A stretch of 64,000 nt of DNA from the human T2T-CHM13v2.0 reference genome, Homo sapiens, in the NCBI RefSeq assembly GCF_009914755.1, contig NC_060925.1. One strand, written 5' to 3'. The first letter of the stretch is position 1. Every line of letters begins with the position of its first letter. Both the position numbers and the translations under genes were made by a program. Shown here one piece after another: positions 29,001-43,569 of this stretch. The notes beneath the pieces are model-generated. The model did no database searches and was not told the origin of the DNA. It saw nothing but the letters and a program-made list of their open reading frames with translations.

Positions 29001-32000
29001 ATCATCATCGAATGGAATCGAATGGAATCATCGAATGGACTCGAATGGAATAATCATTGAACGGAATCGAATGGAATCATCATCAGATGGAAACGAATGG
29101 AATCATCATCGAATGGAAATGAAAGGAGTCATCATCTAATGGAATTGCATGGAATCATCATAAAATGGAATCGAATGGAATCAACATCAAATGGAATCAA
29201 ATGGAATCATTGAACGGAATTGAATGGAATCGTCATCGAATGAATTGAATGCAATCATCGAATGGTCTCGAATGGAATCATCTTCAAATGGAATGGAATG
29301 GAATCATCGCATAGAATCGAATGGAATTATCATCGAATGGAATCGAATGGCATCAACATCAAACGGAAAAAAACGGAATTATCGAATGGAATCGAAGAGA
29401 ATCATCGAATGGACCCGAATGGAATCATCTAATGGAATGGAATGGAATAATCCATGGACACGAATGCAATCATCATCGAATGGAATCGAATGGAATCATC
29501 GAATGGACTCGAATGGAATAATCATTGAACGGAATCGAATGGAATCATCATCGGATGGAAATGAATGGAATCATCATCGAATGGAATCGAATAGGATTAT
29601 GGAATGAAATCCAGTGTGATCATCATCGAATGGACCCGAATGGAATCATCATCCAACGGAAGCTAATGGAATCAACATCAAATGAATCGAATGGAAACAC
29701 CATCGAATTGAAACGAATGGAATTATCATGAAATTGAAATGGATGGACTCATCATCGGATGGATTCGAATGGAATCATCGAATAAAATTGATTGAAATCA
29801 TCATCGAATGGAATCGAATGGTATCATTGAATGGAATCGAATGGAATCATCATCAGATGGAAATGAATGGAATCGTCATAGAATGGAATCGAATGGATTC
29901 ATTGAATGGAATCAGATGGAATCATCGAATGGACTGGAATGGAATCATTGAATGGACTCGAAAGGGATCATGATTGAATGGAATTGAATGGAATCATCGA
30001 ATGGTCTCGATTGGAATCATTATCAAATGGAATCGAATGGAATCACCGAATAGAATCGAATGGAACAATCATCGAATGGACTCAAATGGTATTATCCTCA
30101 AATGGAATCGAATAGAATTATCGAATGCAATCGAATGGAATTATCGAATGCAATCGAATAGAATCATCGAATGGACTCGAATGGAATCATCGAATGGAAT
30201 GGAATGGAACAGTCAATGAACTCGAATGGAATCATCATTGAATGGAATCGAATGGAATCATCGAGTGGAATCGAATGGAATTATGATCAAATGGAATCGA
30301 ATGTAATCATCATCCAATGGAATCAAAAATAACCATCATCAATTGGTATTGAATGGAATTGTCATCAAATGGAATTCAAAGGAAGCATCATCAAATGGAA
30401 CCTAATGGAATCCTCATTGAATGGAAATGAAAGGGGTCATCACCTAATGTAATCGCATGGAATCATCATCAAATGGAATCGAATGGAATCATCATCAAAT
30501 GGAATCTAATGGAATCATTGAACAGAATTGAATGGAATGGTCATCGAATGAATTGAATGCAATCATCGAATGGTCTCGAATGGAATCATCTTCTAATGGA
30601 AAGGAATGGAATCATCGCATAGAATCGAATGGAATTATCATCGAATGGAATCGAATGGTATCAACACCAAACGGAAAAAAACGGAATTATCGAATGGAAT
30701 CGAAGAGAATCTTCGAACGGACCCGAATGGAATCATCTAATGGAATGGAATGGAATAATCCATGGACTCGAATGCAATCATCATCGAATGGAATCGAATG
30801 GAATCATCGAATGAAGTCGAATGGAATAATCATTGAACGGAATCGAATAGAATCATCATCGGATGGAAAGGAATGGAATCATCATCGAATGGAAATGAAA
30901 CGAGTCATCATCTAATGGAATTGCATGGAATCATCATAAAATGGAATCGAATGGAATCAACATCAAATGGAATCAAATGGAATCGTTGAACGGAATTGAA
31001 TGGAATCGTCATCGAATGAATTGAATGCAATCATCAAATGGTCTCGAATGGAATCATCTTCAAATGGAATGGAATGGAATTATCGCATAGAATCGAATGG
31101 AATTATCATCGAATGGAATCGAATGGAATCAACATCAAAAGGAAAAAAACAGAATTATCGTATGGAATCGAAGAGAATCATCGAATGGACCCGAATGGAA
31201 TCATCTAATGGAATGGAATGGAATAATCCATGGACTCGAATGCAATCATCATCGAATGGAATCGAATGGAATCATCGAATGGACTCGAATGGAATCATCT
31301 AATGGAATGGAATGGAATAATCCATGGACTCGAATGCAATCATCATCGAATGGAATCGAATGGAATCATCGAATGGACTCGAATGGAATAATCATTGAAC
31401 GGAATCGAATGGAATCATCATCGGATGGAAATGAATGGAATCATCATCGAATGGAATCGAATAGAATTATGGAATGAAATCCAGTGTGGTCATCATCGAA
31501 TGGACCCGAATGGAATCATCATCCAACGGAAGCTAATGGAATCAACATCGAATGAATCGAATGGAAACACCATCGAATTGAAACGAATGGAATTATCATG
31601 AAATTGAAATGGATGGACTCATCATCGAATGGATTCGAATGGAATCATCGAATAAAATTGATTGAAATCATCATCAAATGGAATCGAATGGTATAATTGA
31701 ATGGAATCGAATGGAATCATCTTCAGATGGAAATGAATGGAATCGTCATAGAATGGAATCGAATGGATTCATTGAATGGAATCAGATGGAATCATCGAAT
31801 GGACTGGAATGGAATCATTGAATGGACTCGAAAGGGATCATGATTGAATGGAATTGAATGGAATCATCGAATGGTCTCGATTGGAATCATTATCAAATGG
31901 AATCGAATGGAATCACCGAATAGAATCGAATGGAACAATCATCGAAAGGACTCAAATGGAATTATCCTCCAATGGAATCGAATGGAATTATCGAATGCAA

Positions 32001-35000
32001 TCGAATGGAATTATCGAATGCAATCGAATAGAATCATCGAATGGACTCGAATGGAATCATCGAATGGAATGGAATGGAACAGTCAATGAACTCGAATGGA
32101 ATCATCATTGAATGGAATCGAATGGAATCATCGAGTGGAATCGAATGGAATTATGATCAAATGGAATCGAATGTAATCATCATCCAATGGAATCAAAAAT
32201 AACCATCATCAATTGGTATTGAATGGAATTGTCATCAAATGGAATTCAAAGGAATCATCATCAAATGGAACCGAATGGAATCCTCATTGAATGGAAATGA
32301 AAGGGGTCATCATCTAATGGAATCGCATGGAATCATCATCAAATGGAATCGAATGGAATCATCATCAAATGGAATCTAATGGAATCATTGAAAAGAATTG
32401 AATGGAATCGTCATCGAATGAATTGAATGCGATCATCGAATGGTCTCGAATGGAATCATCTTCTAATGGAAAGGAATGGAATCATCGCATAGAATCGAAT
32501 GGAATTATCATCGAATGGAATCGAATGGTATCAACACCAAACGGAATAAAACGGAATTATGGAATGGAATCGAAGAGAATCTTCGAACGGACCCGAATGG
32601 AATCATTTAATGGAATGGAATGGAATAATCCATGGACTCGAATGCAATCATCATCGAATGGAATCGAATGGAATCATCGAATGGACTCGAATGGAATAAT
32701 CATTGAACGGAATCGAATGGAATCATCATCGGATGGAAACGAATGGAATCATCATCGAATGGAAATGAAACGAGTCATCATCTAATGGAATTGCATGGAA
32801 TCATCATAAAATGGAATCGAATGGAATCAACATCAAATGGAATCAAATGGAATCATTGAACGGAATTGAATGGAATCGTCATCGAATGAATTGAATGCAA
32901 TCATCGAATGGTCTCGAATGGAATCATCTTCAAATGGAATGGAATGGAATCATCGCATAGAATCGAATGGAATTATCATCGAATGGAATCGAATGGAATC
33001 AACATCAAACGGAAAAAAACGGAATTATCGTATGGAATCGAAGAGAATCATCGAATGGACCCGAATGGAATCATCTAATGGAATGGAATGGAATAATCCA
33101 TGGACTCGAATGCAATCATCATCGAATGGAATCGAATGGAATCATCGAATGGACTCGAATGGAATAATCATTGAACGGAATCGAATGGAATCATCATCGG
33201 ATGGAAATGAATGGAATCATCATCGAATGGAATCGGATAGAATTATGGAATGAAATCCAGTGTGATCATCATCGAATGGACCCGAATGGAATCATCATCC
33301 AACGGAAGCTAATGGAATCAACATCGAATGAATCGAATGGAACCACCATCGAATTGAAACGAATGGAATTATCATGAAATTGAAATGGATGGACTCATCA
33401 TCGAATGGATTCGAATGGAATCATCGAATAAAATTGATTGAAATCATCATCGAATGTAATCGAATGGTATCATTGAATGGAATCGAATGGAATCATCATC
33501 AGATGGAAATGAATGGAATCGTCATAGAATGGAATCGAATGGATTCATTGAATGGAATCAGATGGAATCATCGAATGGACTGGAATGGAATCATTGAATG
33601 GACTCGAAAGGGATCATGATTGAATGGAATTGAATGGAATCATCGAATGGTCTCGATTGGAATCATTATCAAATGGAATCGAATGGAATCACCGAATAGA
33701 ATCGAATGGAACAATCATCGAATGGACTCAAATGGAATTATCCTCAAATGGAATGGAATGGAATTATCAAATGAAATCGAATTGAATTATCGAATGCAAT
33801 CGAATAGAATCATCGAATGGACTCGAATGGAATCATCGAATGGAATGGAATGGAACAGTCAATGAACTCGAATGGAATCATCATTGAATGGAATCGAATG
33901 GAATCATCGAGTGGAATCGAATGGAACTATGATCAAATGGAATCGAATGTAATCATCATCAAATGGAATCAAAAATAACCATCATCAATTGGTATTGAAT
34001 GGAATTGTCATCAAATGGAATTCAAAGGAATCATCATCAAATGGAACCGAATGGAATCCTCATTGAATGGAAATGAAAGGGGTCATCATCTAATGGAATA
34101 GCATGGAATCATCATCAAATGGAATCGAATGGAATCATCATCAAATGGAATCTGATGGAATCATTGAACAGAATTGAATGGAATCGTCATCGAATGAATT
34201 GAATGCAATCATCGAATGGTCTCGAATGGAATCATCTTCTAATGGAAAGGAATGGAATCATCGCATAGAATCGAATGGAATTATCATCGAATGGAATCGA
34301 ATGGTATCAACACCAAACGGAAAAAAACGGAATTATGGAATGGAATCGAAGAGAATCTTCGAACGGACCCGAATGGAATCATTTAATGGAATGGAATGGA
34401 ATAATCCATGGACTCGAATGCAATCATCATCGAATGGAATCGAATGGAATCATCGAATGGACTCGAATGGAATAATCATTGAACGGAATCGAATGGAACC
34501 ATCATCGGATGGAAACGAATGGAATCATCATCGAATGGAAATGAAAGGAGACATCATCTAATGGAATTGCATGGAATCATCATAAAATGGAATCGAATGG
34601 AATCAACATCAAATGGAATCAAATGGAATCATTGAACGGAATTGAATGGAATCGTCATCGAATGAATTGAATGCAATCATCGAATGGTCTCGAATGGAAT
34701 CATCTTCAAATGGAATGGAATGGAATCATCGCATAGAATCGAATGGAATTATCATCGAATGGAATCGAATGGAATCAACATCAAACGGAAAAAAACGGAA
34801 GTATCGAATGGAATCGAAGAGAATCATCGAATGGACCCGAATGGAATCATCTAATGGAATGGAATGGAATAATCCATGGACTCGAATGCAATCATCATCG
34901 AATGGAATCGAATGGAATCATCGAATGGACTCGAATGGAATAATCATTGAACGGAATCGAATGGAATCATCATCGGATGGAAATGAATGGAATCATCATC

Positions 35001-35953
35001 GAATGGAATCGAATAGGATTATGGAATGAAATCCAGTGTGATCATCATCGAATGGACCCGAATGGAATCATCATCCAACGGAAGCTAATGGAATCAACAT
35101 CGAATGAATCAAATGGAAACACCATCGAATTGAAACGAATGGAATTACCATGAAATTGAAATGGATGGACTCATCATCGAATGGATTCGAATGGAATCAT
35201 CGAATAAAATTGATTGAAATCATCATCGAATGGAATCGAATGGTATCATTGAATGGAATCGAATGGAATCATCATCAGATGGAAATGAATGGAATCGTCA
35301 TAGAATGGAATCGAATGGATTCATTGAATGGAATCAGATGGAATCATCGATTGGACTGGAATGGAATCATTGAATGGACTCGAAAGGGATCATGATTGAA
35401 TGGAATTGAATGGAATCATCGAATGGTCTCGATTGGAATCATTATCAAATGGAATCGAATGGAATCACCGAATAGAATCGAATGGAACAATCATCGAATG
35501 GACTCAAATGGAATTATCCTCAAATGGAATGGAATGGAATTATCGAATGCAATCGAATGGAATTATCGAATGCAATCGAATAGAATCATCGAATGGAGTC
35601 GAATGGAATCATCGAATGGAATGGAATGGAACAGTCAATGAAATCGAATGGAATCATCATTGAATGGAATCGAATGGAATCATCGAGTGGAATCGAATGG
35701 AATTATGATCAAATGGAATCGAATGTAATCATCATCAAATGGAATCAAAAATAACCATCATCAATTGGTATTGAATGGAATTGTCATCAAATGGAATTCA
35801 AAGGAAACATCATCAAATGGAACCGAGTGGAATCCTCATTGAATGGAAATGAAAGAGGTCATCATCTAATGGAATCGCATGGAATCATCATCAAATGGAA
35901 TCGAATGGAATCATCATCAAATGGAATCTGATGGAATCATTGAACAGAATTGA

Positions 35954-37063
35954 ATGGAATCGTCATCGAATGAATTGAATGCAATCATCGAATGGTCTCG
36001 AATGGAATCATCTTCTAATGGAAAGGAATGGTATCATCGCATAGAATCGAATGGAATTATCATCAAATGGAATCGAATGGAATCAACATCAAACGGAAAA
36101 AAACGGAATTATCGAATGGAATCGAAGAGAATCATCGAACGGACCCGAATGGAATCATCTAATGGAATGGAATGGAATAATCCATGGACTCGAATGCAAT
36201 CATCATCGAATGGAATCGAATGGAATCATCGAGTGGACTCGAATGGAATAATCATTGAACGGAATCGAATGGAATCATCTTCGGATGGAAACGAATGGAA
36301 TCATCATCGAATGGAAATGAAAGGAATCATCATCTAATGGAATTGCATGGAATCATCATAAAATGGAATCGAATGGAATCATCATCAGATGGAAATGAAT
36401 GGAATCGTCATAGAATGGAATCGAATGGATTCATTGAATGGAATCAGATGGAATCATCGAATGGACTGGAATGGAATCATTGAATGGACTCGAAAGGGAT
36501 CATTATTGAATGGAATTGAATGGAATTATCGAATGGTCTCGATTGGAATCATTATCAAATGGAATCGAATTTAATCACCGAATAGAATCGAATGGAACAA
36601 TCATCGAATGGACTCAACTGGAATTATCCTCAAATGGAATCGAATGGAATTATCGAATGCAATCGAATGGAATTATCGAATGCAATCGAATAGAATCATC
36701 GAATGGACTCGAATGGAATCATCGAATGGAATGGAATGGAACAGTCAATGAACTCGAATGGAATCATCATTGAATGGAATCGAATGGAATCATCGAGTGG
36801 AATCGAATGGAAATATGATCAAATGGAATCATATGTAATCATCATCAAATGGAATCAAAAATAACCATCATCAAGTGGTATTGAATGGAATTCTCATCAA
36901 ATGGAATTCAAAGGAATCATCATCAAATGGAACTGAATGGAATCCTCATTGAATGGAAATGAAAGGGGTCATCATCTAATGGAATCGCATGGAATCATCA
37001 TCAAATGGAATCGAATGGAATCATCATCAAATGGAATCTGATGGAATCATTGAACAGAATTGA
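35954..37063 (+). repeat. Second truncated 1,110-bp unit (same 666-bp deletion)
   Basis: Same junction as at ~700, seen at ~36365-36395, with the same linked variants TCATCTTCGGATGG and GGAATCATCATCTAA. Confidence 0.85.
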
Positions 37064-40000
37064 ATGGAATCGTCATCGAATGAATTGAATACAATCATCG
37101 AATGGTCTCGAATGTAATCACATTCTAATGGAAAGGAATGGAATCATCGCATAGAATCGAATGGAATTAACATTGAATGGACTCGAATGGAATCAACATC
37201 AAACGGAATCAAGCGGAATTATCGAATGGAATCGAAGAGAATCATCGAATGGTCTCGAATGGAATCATCTTCTAATGGAAAGGAATGGAATCATCGCATA
37301 GAATCGAATGGAATTAACATTGAATGGACTCGAATGGAATCAACATCAAATGGAATCAAGCGGAATTATCGAATGAAATCGAAGAGAATCATCGAATGGA
37401 CTCGAATGGAATCATCTAATGGAATGGAATGGAATAATCCACGGACTCGAATGCAATCATCATCGCATAGAATCGAATGGAATCATCGAAAGGACTCGAA
37501 TGGAATAACCATTGAACGGAATCGAATGGAATCATCATCGGATGGAAACGAATGGAATCATCATCGAATGGAAATGAAAGGAGTCATCATCTAATGGAAT
37601 TGCATGGAATCATCATAAAATGGAATCGAATGGAATCATCATCAAATGGAATCAAATGGAATCATTGAACGGAATTGAATGGAATCGTCATCGAATGAAT
37701 TGAATGCAATCATCGAATGGTCTCGAATGGAATCATCTTCAAATGGAATGGAATGGAATCATCGCATAGAATCGAATGGAATTATCATCGAATGGAATCG
37801 AATGGTATCAACATCAAACGGAAAAAAACGGAATTATCGAATGGAATCGAAGAGAATCTTCGAACGGACCCGAATGGAATCATCTAATGGAATGGAATGG
37901 AATAATCCATGGACTCGAATGCAATCATTATCGAATGGAATCGAATGGAATCATTGAAAGGACTCGAATGGAATAATCATTGAACGGAATCGAATGGAAT
38001 CATCATCGGATGGAAATGAATGGAATCATCATCGAATGGAATCGAATAGAATTATGGAATGAAATCCAGTGTGATCATCATCGAATGGACCCGAATGGAA
38101 TCATCATCCAACGGAAGCTAATGGAATCAACATCGAATGAATCGAATGGAAACACCATCGAATTGAAACGAATGGAATTATCATGAAATTGAAACGGATG
38201 GACTCATCATCGAATGGATTCGAATGGAATCATCGAATAAAATTGATTGAAATCATCATCGAATGGAATCGAATGGTATCATTGAATGGAATCGAATGGA
38301 ATCATCATCAGATGGAAATGAATGGAATCGTCATAGAATGGAATCGAATGGATTCATTGAATGGAATCAGATGGAATCATCGAATGGACTGGAATGGAAT
38401 CATTGAATGGACTCGAAAGGGATCATTATTGAATGGAATTGAATGGAATCATCGAACGGTCTCGATTGGAATCATTATCAAATGGAATCGAATGGAATCA
38501 CCGAATAGAATCGAATGGAACAATCATCGAATGGACTCAAATGGAATTATCCTCAAATGGAATCGAATGGAATTATCGAATGCAATCGAATGGAATTATC
38601 GAATGCAATCGAATAGAATCATCGAATGGACTCGAATGGAATCATCGAATGGAATGGAATGGAACAGTCAATGAACTCGAATGGAATCATCATTGAATGG
38701 AATCGAATGGAATCATCGCGTGGAATCGAATGGAATTATGATCAAATGGAATCGAATGTAATCATCATCAAATGGAATCAAAAATAACCATCATCAATTG
38801 GTATTGAATGGAATTGTCATCAAATGGAATTCAAAGGAATCATCATCAAATGGAACCGAATGGAATCCTCATTGAATGGAAATGAAAGGAGTCATCATCT
38901 AATGGAATCGCATGGAATCATCATCAAATGGAATCGAATGGAATCATCATCAAATGGAATCTAATGGAATCATTGAAAGAATTGAATGGAATCATCATCG
39001 AATGAATTGAATGCAATCATCGAATGGTCTCGAATGGAATCATATTCTAATGGAAAGGAATGGAATCATCGCATAGAATCGAATGGAATTATCATCGAAT
39101 GGAATCGAATGGTATCAACACCAAACGGAAAAAAACGGAATTATCGAATGGAATCGAAGAGAATCTTCGAACGGACCCGAATGGAATCATCTAATGGAAT
39201 GGAATGGAAAAATCCATGGACTCCAATGCAATCATCATCGAATGGAATCGAATGGAATCATCGAATGGACTCGAATGGAATAATCATTGAACGGAATCGA
39301 ATGGAATCATCATCGGATGGAAACGAATGGAATCATCATCGAATGGAAATGAAAGGAGTCATCATCTAATGGAATTGCATGAAATCATCATCAAATGGAA
39401 TCGAATGGAATCAACATCAAATGGAATCAAATGGAATCATTGAACGGAATTGAATGGAATCGTCATCGAATGAATTGAATGCAATCATCGAATGGTCTCG
39501 AATGGAATCATCTTCAAATGGAATGGAATGGAATCATCGCATAGAATCGAATGGAATTATCATCGAATGGAATCGAATGGAATCAACATCAAACGGAAAA
39601 AAACGGAATTATCGAATGGAATCGAAGAGAATCATCGAATGGACCCGAATGGAATCATCTAATGGAATGGAATGGAATAATCCATGGACTCGAATGCAAT
39701 CATCATCGAATGGAATCGAATGGAATCATCGAATGGACTCGAATGGAATAATCATGGAACGGAATCGAATGGAATCATCATCGGATGGAAATGTATGGAA
39801 TCATCATCGAATGGAATCGAATAGAATTATGGAATGAAATCCAGTGTGATCATCATCGAATGGACCCGAATGGAATCATCATCCAACGGAAGCTAATGGA
39901 ATCAACATCGAATGAATCGAATGGAAACACCATCGAATTGAAACGAATGGAATTATCATGAAATTGAAACGGATGGACTCATCATCGAATGGATTCGAAT

Positions 40001-43000
40001 GGAATCATCGAATAAAATTGATTGAAATCATCATCGAATGGAATCGAATGGTATCATTGAATGGAATCGAATGGAATCATCATCAGATGGAAATGAATGG
40101 AATCGTCATAGAATGGAATCGAATGGATTCATTGAATGGAATCAGATGGAATCATCGAATGGACTGGAATGGAATCATTGAATGGACTCGAAAGGGATCA
40201 TTATTGAATGGAATTGAATGGAATCATCGAATGGTCTCGATTGTAATCATTATCAAATGGAATCGAATGGAATCACCGAATAGAATCGAATGGAACAATC
40301 ATCGAATGGACTCAAATGGAATTATCCTCAAATGGAATGGAATGGAATTATCGAATGCAATCGAATGGAATTATCGAATGCAATCGAATAGAATCATCGA
40401 ATGGACTCGAATGGAATCATCGAATGGAATGGAATGGAACAGTCAATGAACTCGAATGGAATCATCATTGAATGGAATCGAATGCAATCATCGAGTGGAA
40501 TCGAATGGAATTATGATCAAATGGAATCGAATGTAATCATCATCAAATGGAATCAAAAATAACCATCATCAATTGGTATTGAATGGAATTGTCATCAAAT
40601 GGAATTCAAAGGAATCATCATCAAATGGAACCGAATGGAATCCTCATTGAATGGAAATGAAAGGGGTCATCATCTAATGGAATCGCATGGAATCATCATC
40701 AAATGGAATCGAATGGAATCATCATCAAATGGAATCTAAAGGAATCATTGAACAGAATTGAATGGAATGGTCATCGAATGAATTGAATGCAATCATCGAA
40801 TGGTCTCGAATGGAATCATCTTCTAATGGAAAGGAATGGAATCATCGCATAGAATCGAATGGAATTATCATCGAATGGAATCGAATGGTATCAACACCAA
40901 ACGGAAAAAAACGGAATTATGGAATGGAATCGAAAAGAATCTTCGAACGGACCCGAATGGAATCATCTAATGGAATGGAATGGAATAATCCATGGACTCG
41001 AATGCAATCATCATCGAATGGAATCGAATGGAATCATCGAATGGACTCGAATGGAATAATCATTGAACGGAATCGAATGGAATCATCATCGGATGGAAAC
41101 GAATGGAATCATCATCGAATGGAAATGAAAGGAGTCATCATCTAATGGAATTGCATGGAATCATCATAAAATGGAATCGAATGGAATCAACATCAAATGG
41201 AATCAAATGGAATCATTAAACGGAATTGAATGGAATCGTCATCGAATGAATTGAATGCAATCATCGAATGGTCTCGAATGGAATCATCTTCAAATGGAAT
41301 GGAATGGAATCATCGCATAGAATCGAATGGAATTATCATCGAATGGAATCGAATGAAATCAACATCAAACGGAAAAAAACGGAATTATCGTATGGAATCG
41401 AAGAGAATCATCGAATGGACCCGAATGGAATCATCTAATGGAATGGAATGGAATAATCCATGGACTCGAATGCAATCATCATCGAATGGAATCGAATGGA
41501 ATCATCGAATGGACTCGAATGGAATAATCATTGAACGGAATCGAATGGAATCATCATCGGATGGAAATGAATGGAATCATCATCGAACGGAATCGAATAG
41601 AATTATGGAATGAAATCCAGTGTGATCATCATCGAATGGACCCGAATGGAATCATCATCCAACGGAAGCTAATGGAATCAACATCGAATGAATCGAATGG
41701 AAACACCATCGAATTGAAACGAATGGAATTATCATGAAATTGAAATGGATGGACTCATCATCGAATGGATTCGAATGGAATCATCGAATAAAATTGATTG
41801 AAATCATTATTGAATGGAATCGAATGGTATCATTGAATGGAATCGAATGGAATCATCATCAGATGGAAATGAATGGAATCGTCATAGAATGGAATCGAAT
41901 GGATTCATTGAATGGAATCAGATGGAATCATCGAATGGACTGGAATGGAATCATTGAATGGACTCGAAAGGGATCATGATTGAATGGAATTGAATGGAAT
42001 CATAGAATGGTCTCGATTGGAATCATTATCAAATGGAATCGAATGGAATCACCGAATAGAATCGAACGGAACAATCATCGAATGGACTCAAATGGAATTA
42101 TCCTCCAATGGAATCGAATGGAATTATCGAATGCAATCGAATGGAATTATCGAATGCAATCGAATAGAATCATCGAATGGACTCGAATGGAATCATCGAA
42201 TGGAATGGAATGGAACAGTCAATGAACACGAATGGAATCATCATTGAATGGAATCGAATGGAATCATCGAGTGGAATCGAATGGAATTATGATCAAATGG
42301 AATCGAATGTAATCATCATCAAATGGAATCAAAAATAACCATCATCAATTGGTATTGAATGGAATTGTCATCAAATGGAATTCAAAGGAATCATCATCAA
42401 ATGGAACCGAATGGAATCCTCATAGAATGGAAATGAAAGGGGTCATCATCTAATGGAATCGCATGGAATCATCATAAAATGCAATCGAATGGAATCATTA
42501 TCAAATGGAATCTAATGGAATCATTGAACAGAATTGAATGGAATCGTCATCGAATGAATTGAATGCAATCATCGAATGGTCTCGAATGGAATCATCTTCT
42601 AATGGAAAGGAATGGAATCATCGCATAGAATCGAATGGAATTATCATCGAATGGAATCGAATGGTATCAAAACCAAACGGAAAAAAACGGAATTATCGAA
42701 TGGAATCGAAGAGAATCTTCGAACGGACCCGAATGGAATCATCTAATGGAATGGAATGGAATAATCCATGGACTCGAATGCAATCATCATCGAATGGAAT
42801 CGAATGGAATCATCGAATGGACTCGAATGGAATAATCATTGAACGGAATCGAATGGAATCATCATCGGATGGAAACGAATGGAATCATCATCGAATGGAA
42901 ATGAAAGGAGTCATCATCTAATGGAATTGCATGGAATCATCATAAAATGGAATCGAATGGAATCAACATCAAATGGAATCAAATGGAATCATTGAACGGA

Positions 43001-43569
43001 ATTGAATGGAATCGTCATCGAATGAATTGAATGCAATCATCGAATGGTCTCGAATGGAATCATCTTCAAATGGAATGGAATGGAATCATCGCATAGAATC
43101 GAATGGAATTATCATCGAATGGAATCGAATGGTATCAACATCAAACGGAAAAAAACGGAATTATCGAATGGAATCGAAGAGAATCATCGAATGGACCCGA
43201 ATGCAATCATCTAAAGGAATGGAATGGAATAATCAATGGACTCGAATACAATCATCATCGAATGGAATCGAATGGAATCATCGAATGAACTCGAATGGAA
43301 TAATCATTGAACGGAATCGAATGGAATCATCATCGGATGGAAATGAATGGAATCATCATCGAATGGAATCGAATAGAATTATGGAATGAAATCCAGTGTG
43401 ATCATCATCGAATGGACCCGAATGCAATCATCATCCAACGTAAGCTAATGGAATCAACATCGAATGAATCGAATGGAAACACCATCGAATTGAAACGAAT
43501 GGAATTATCATGAAATGGAAATGGATGGACTGATCATCGAATGGATTCGAATGGAATCATCGAATAAAA

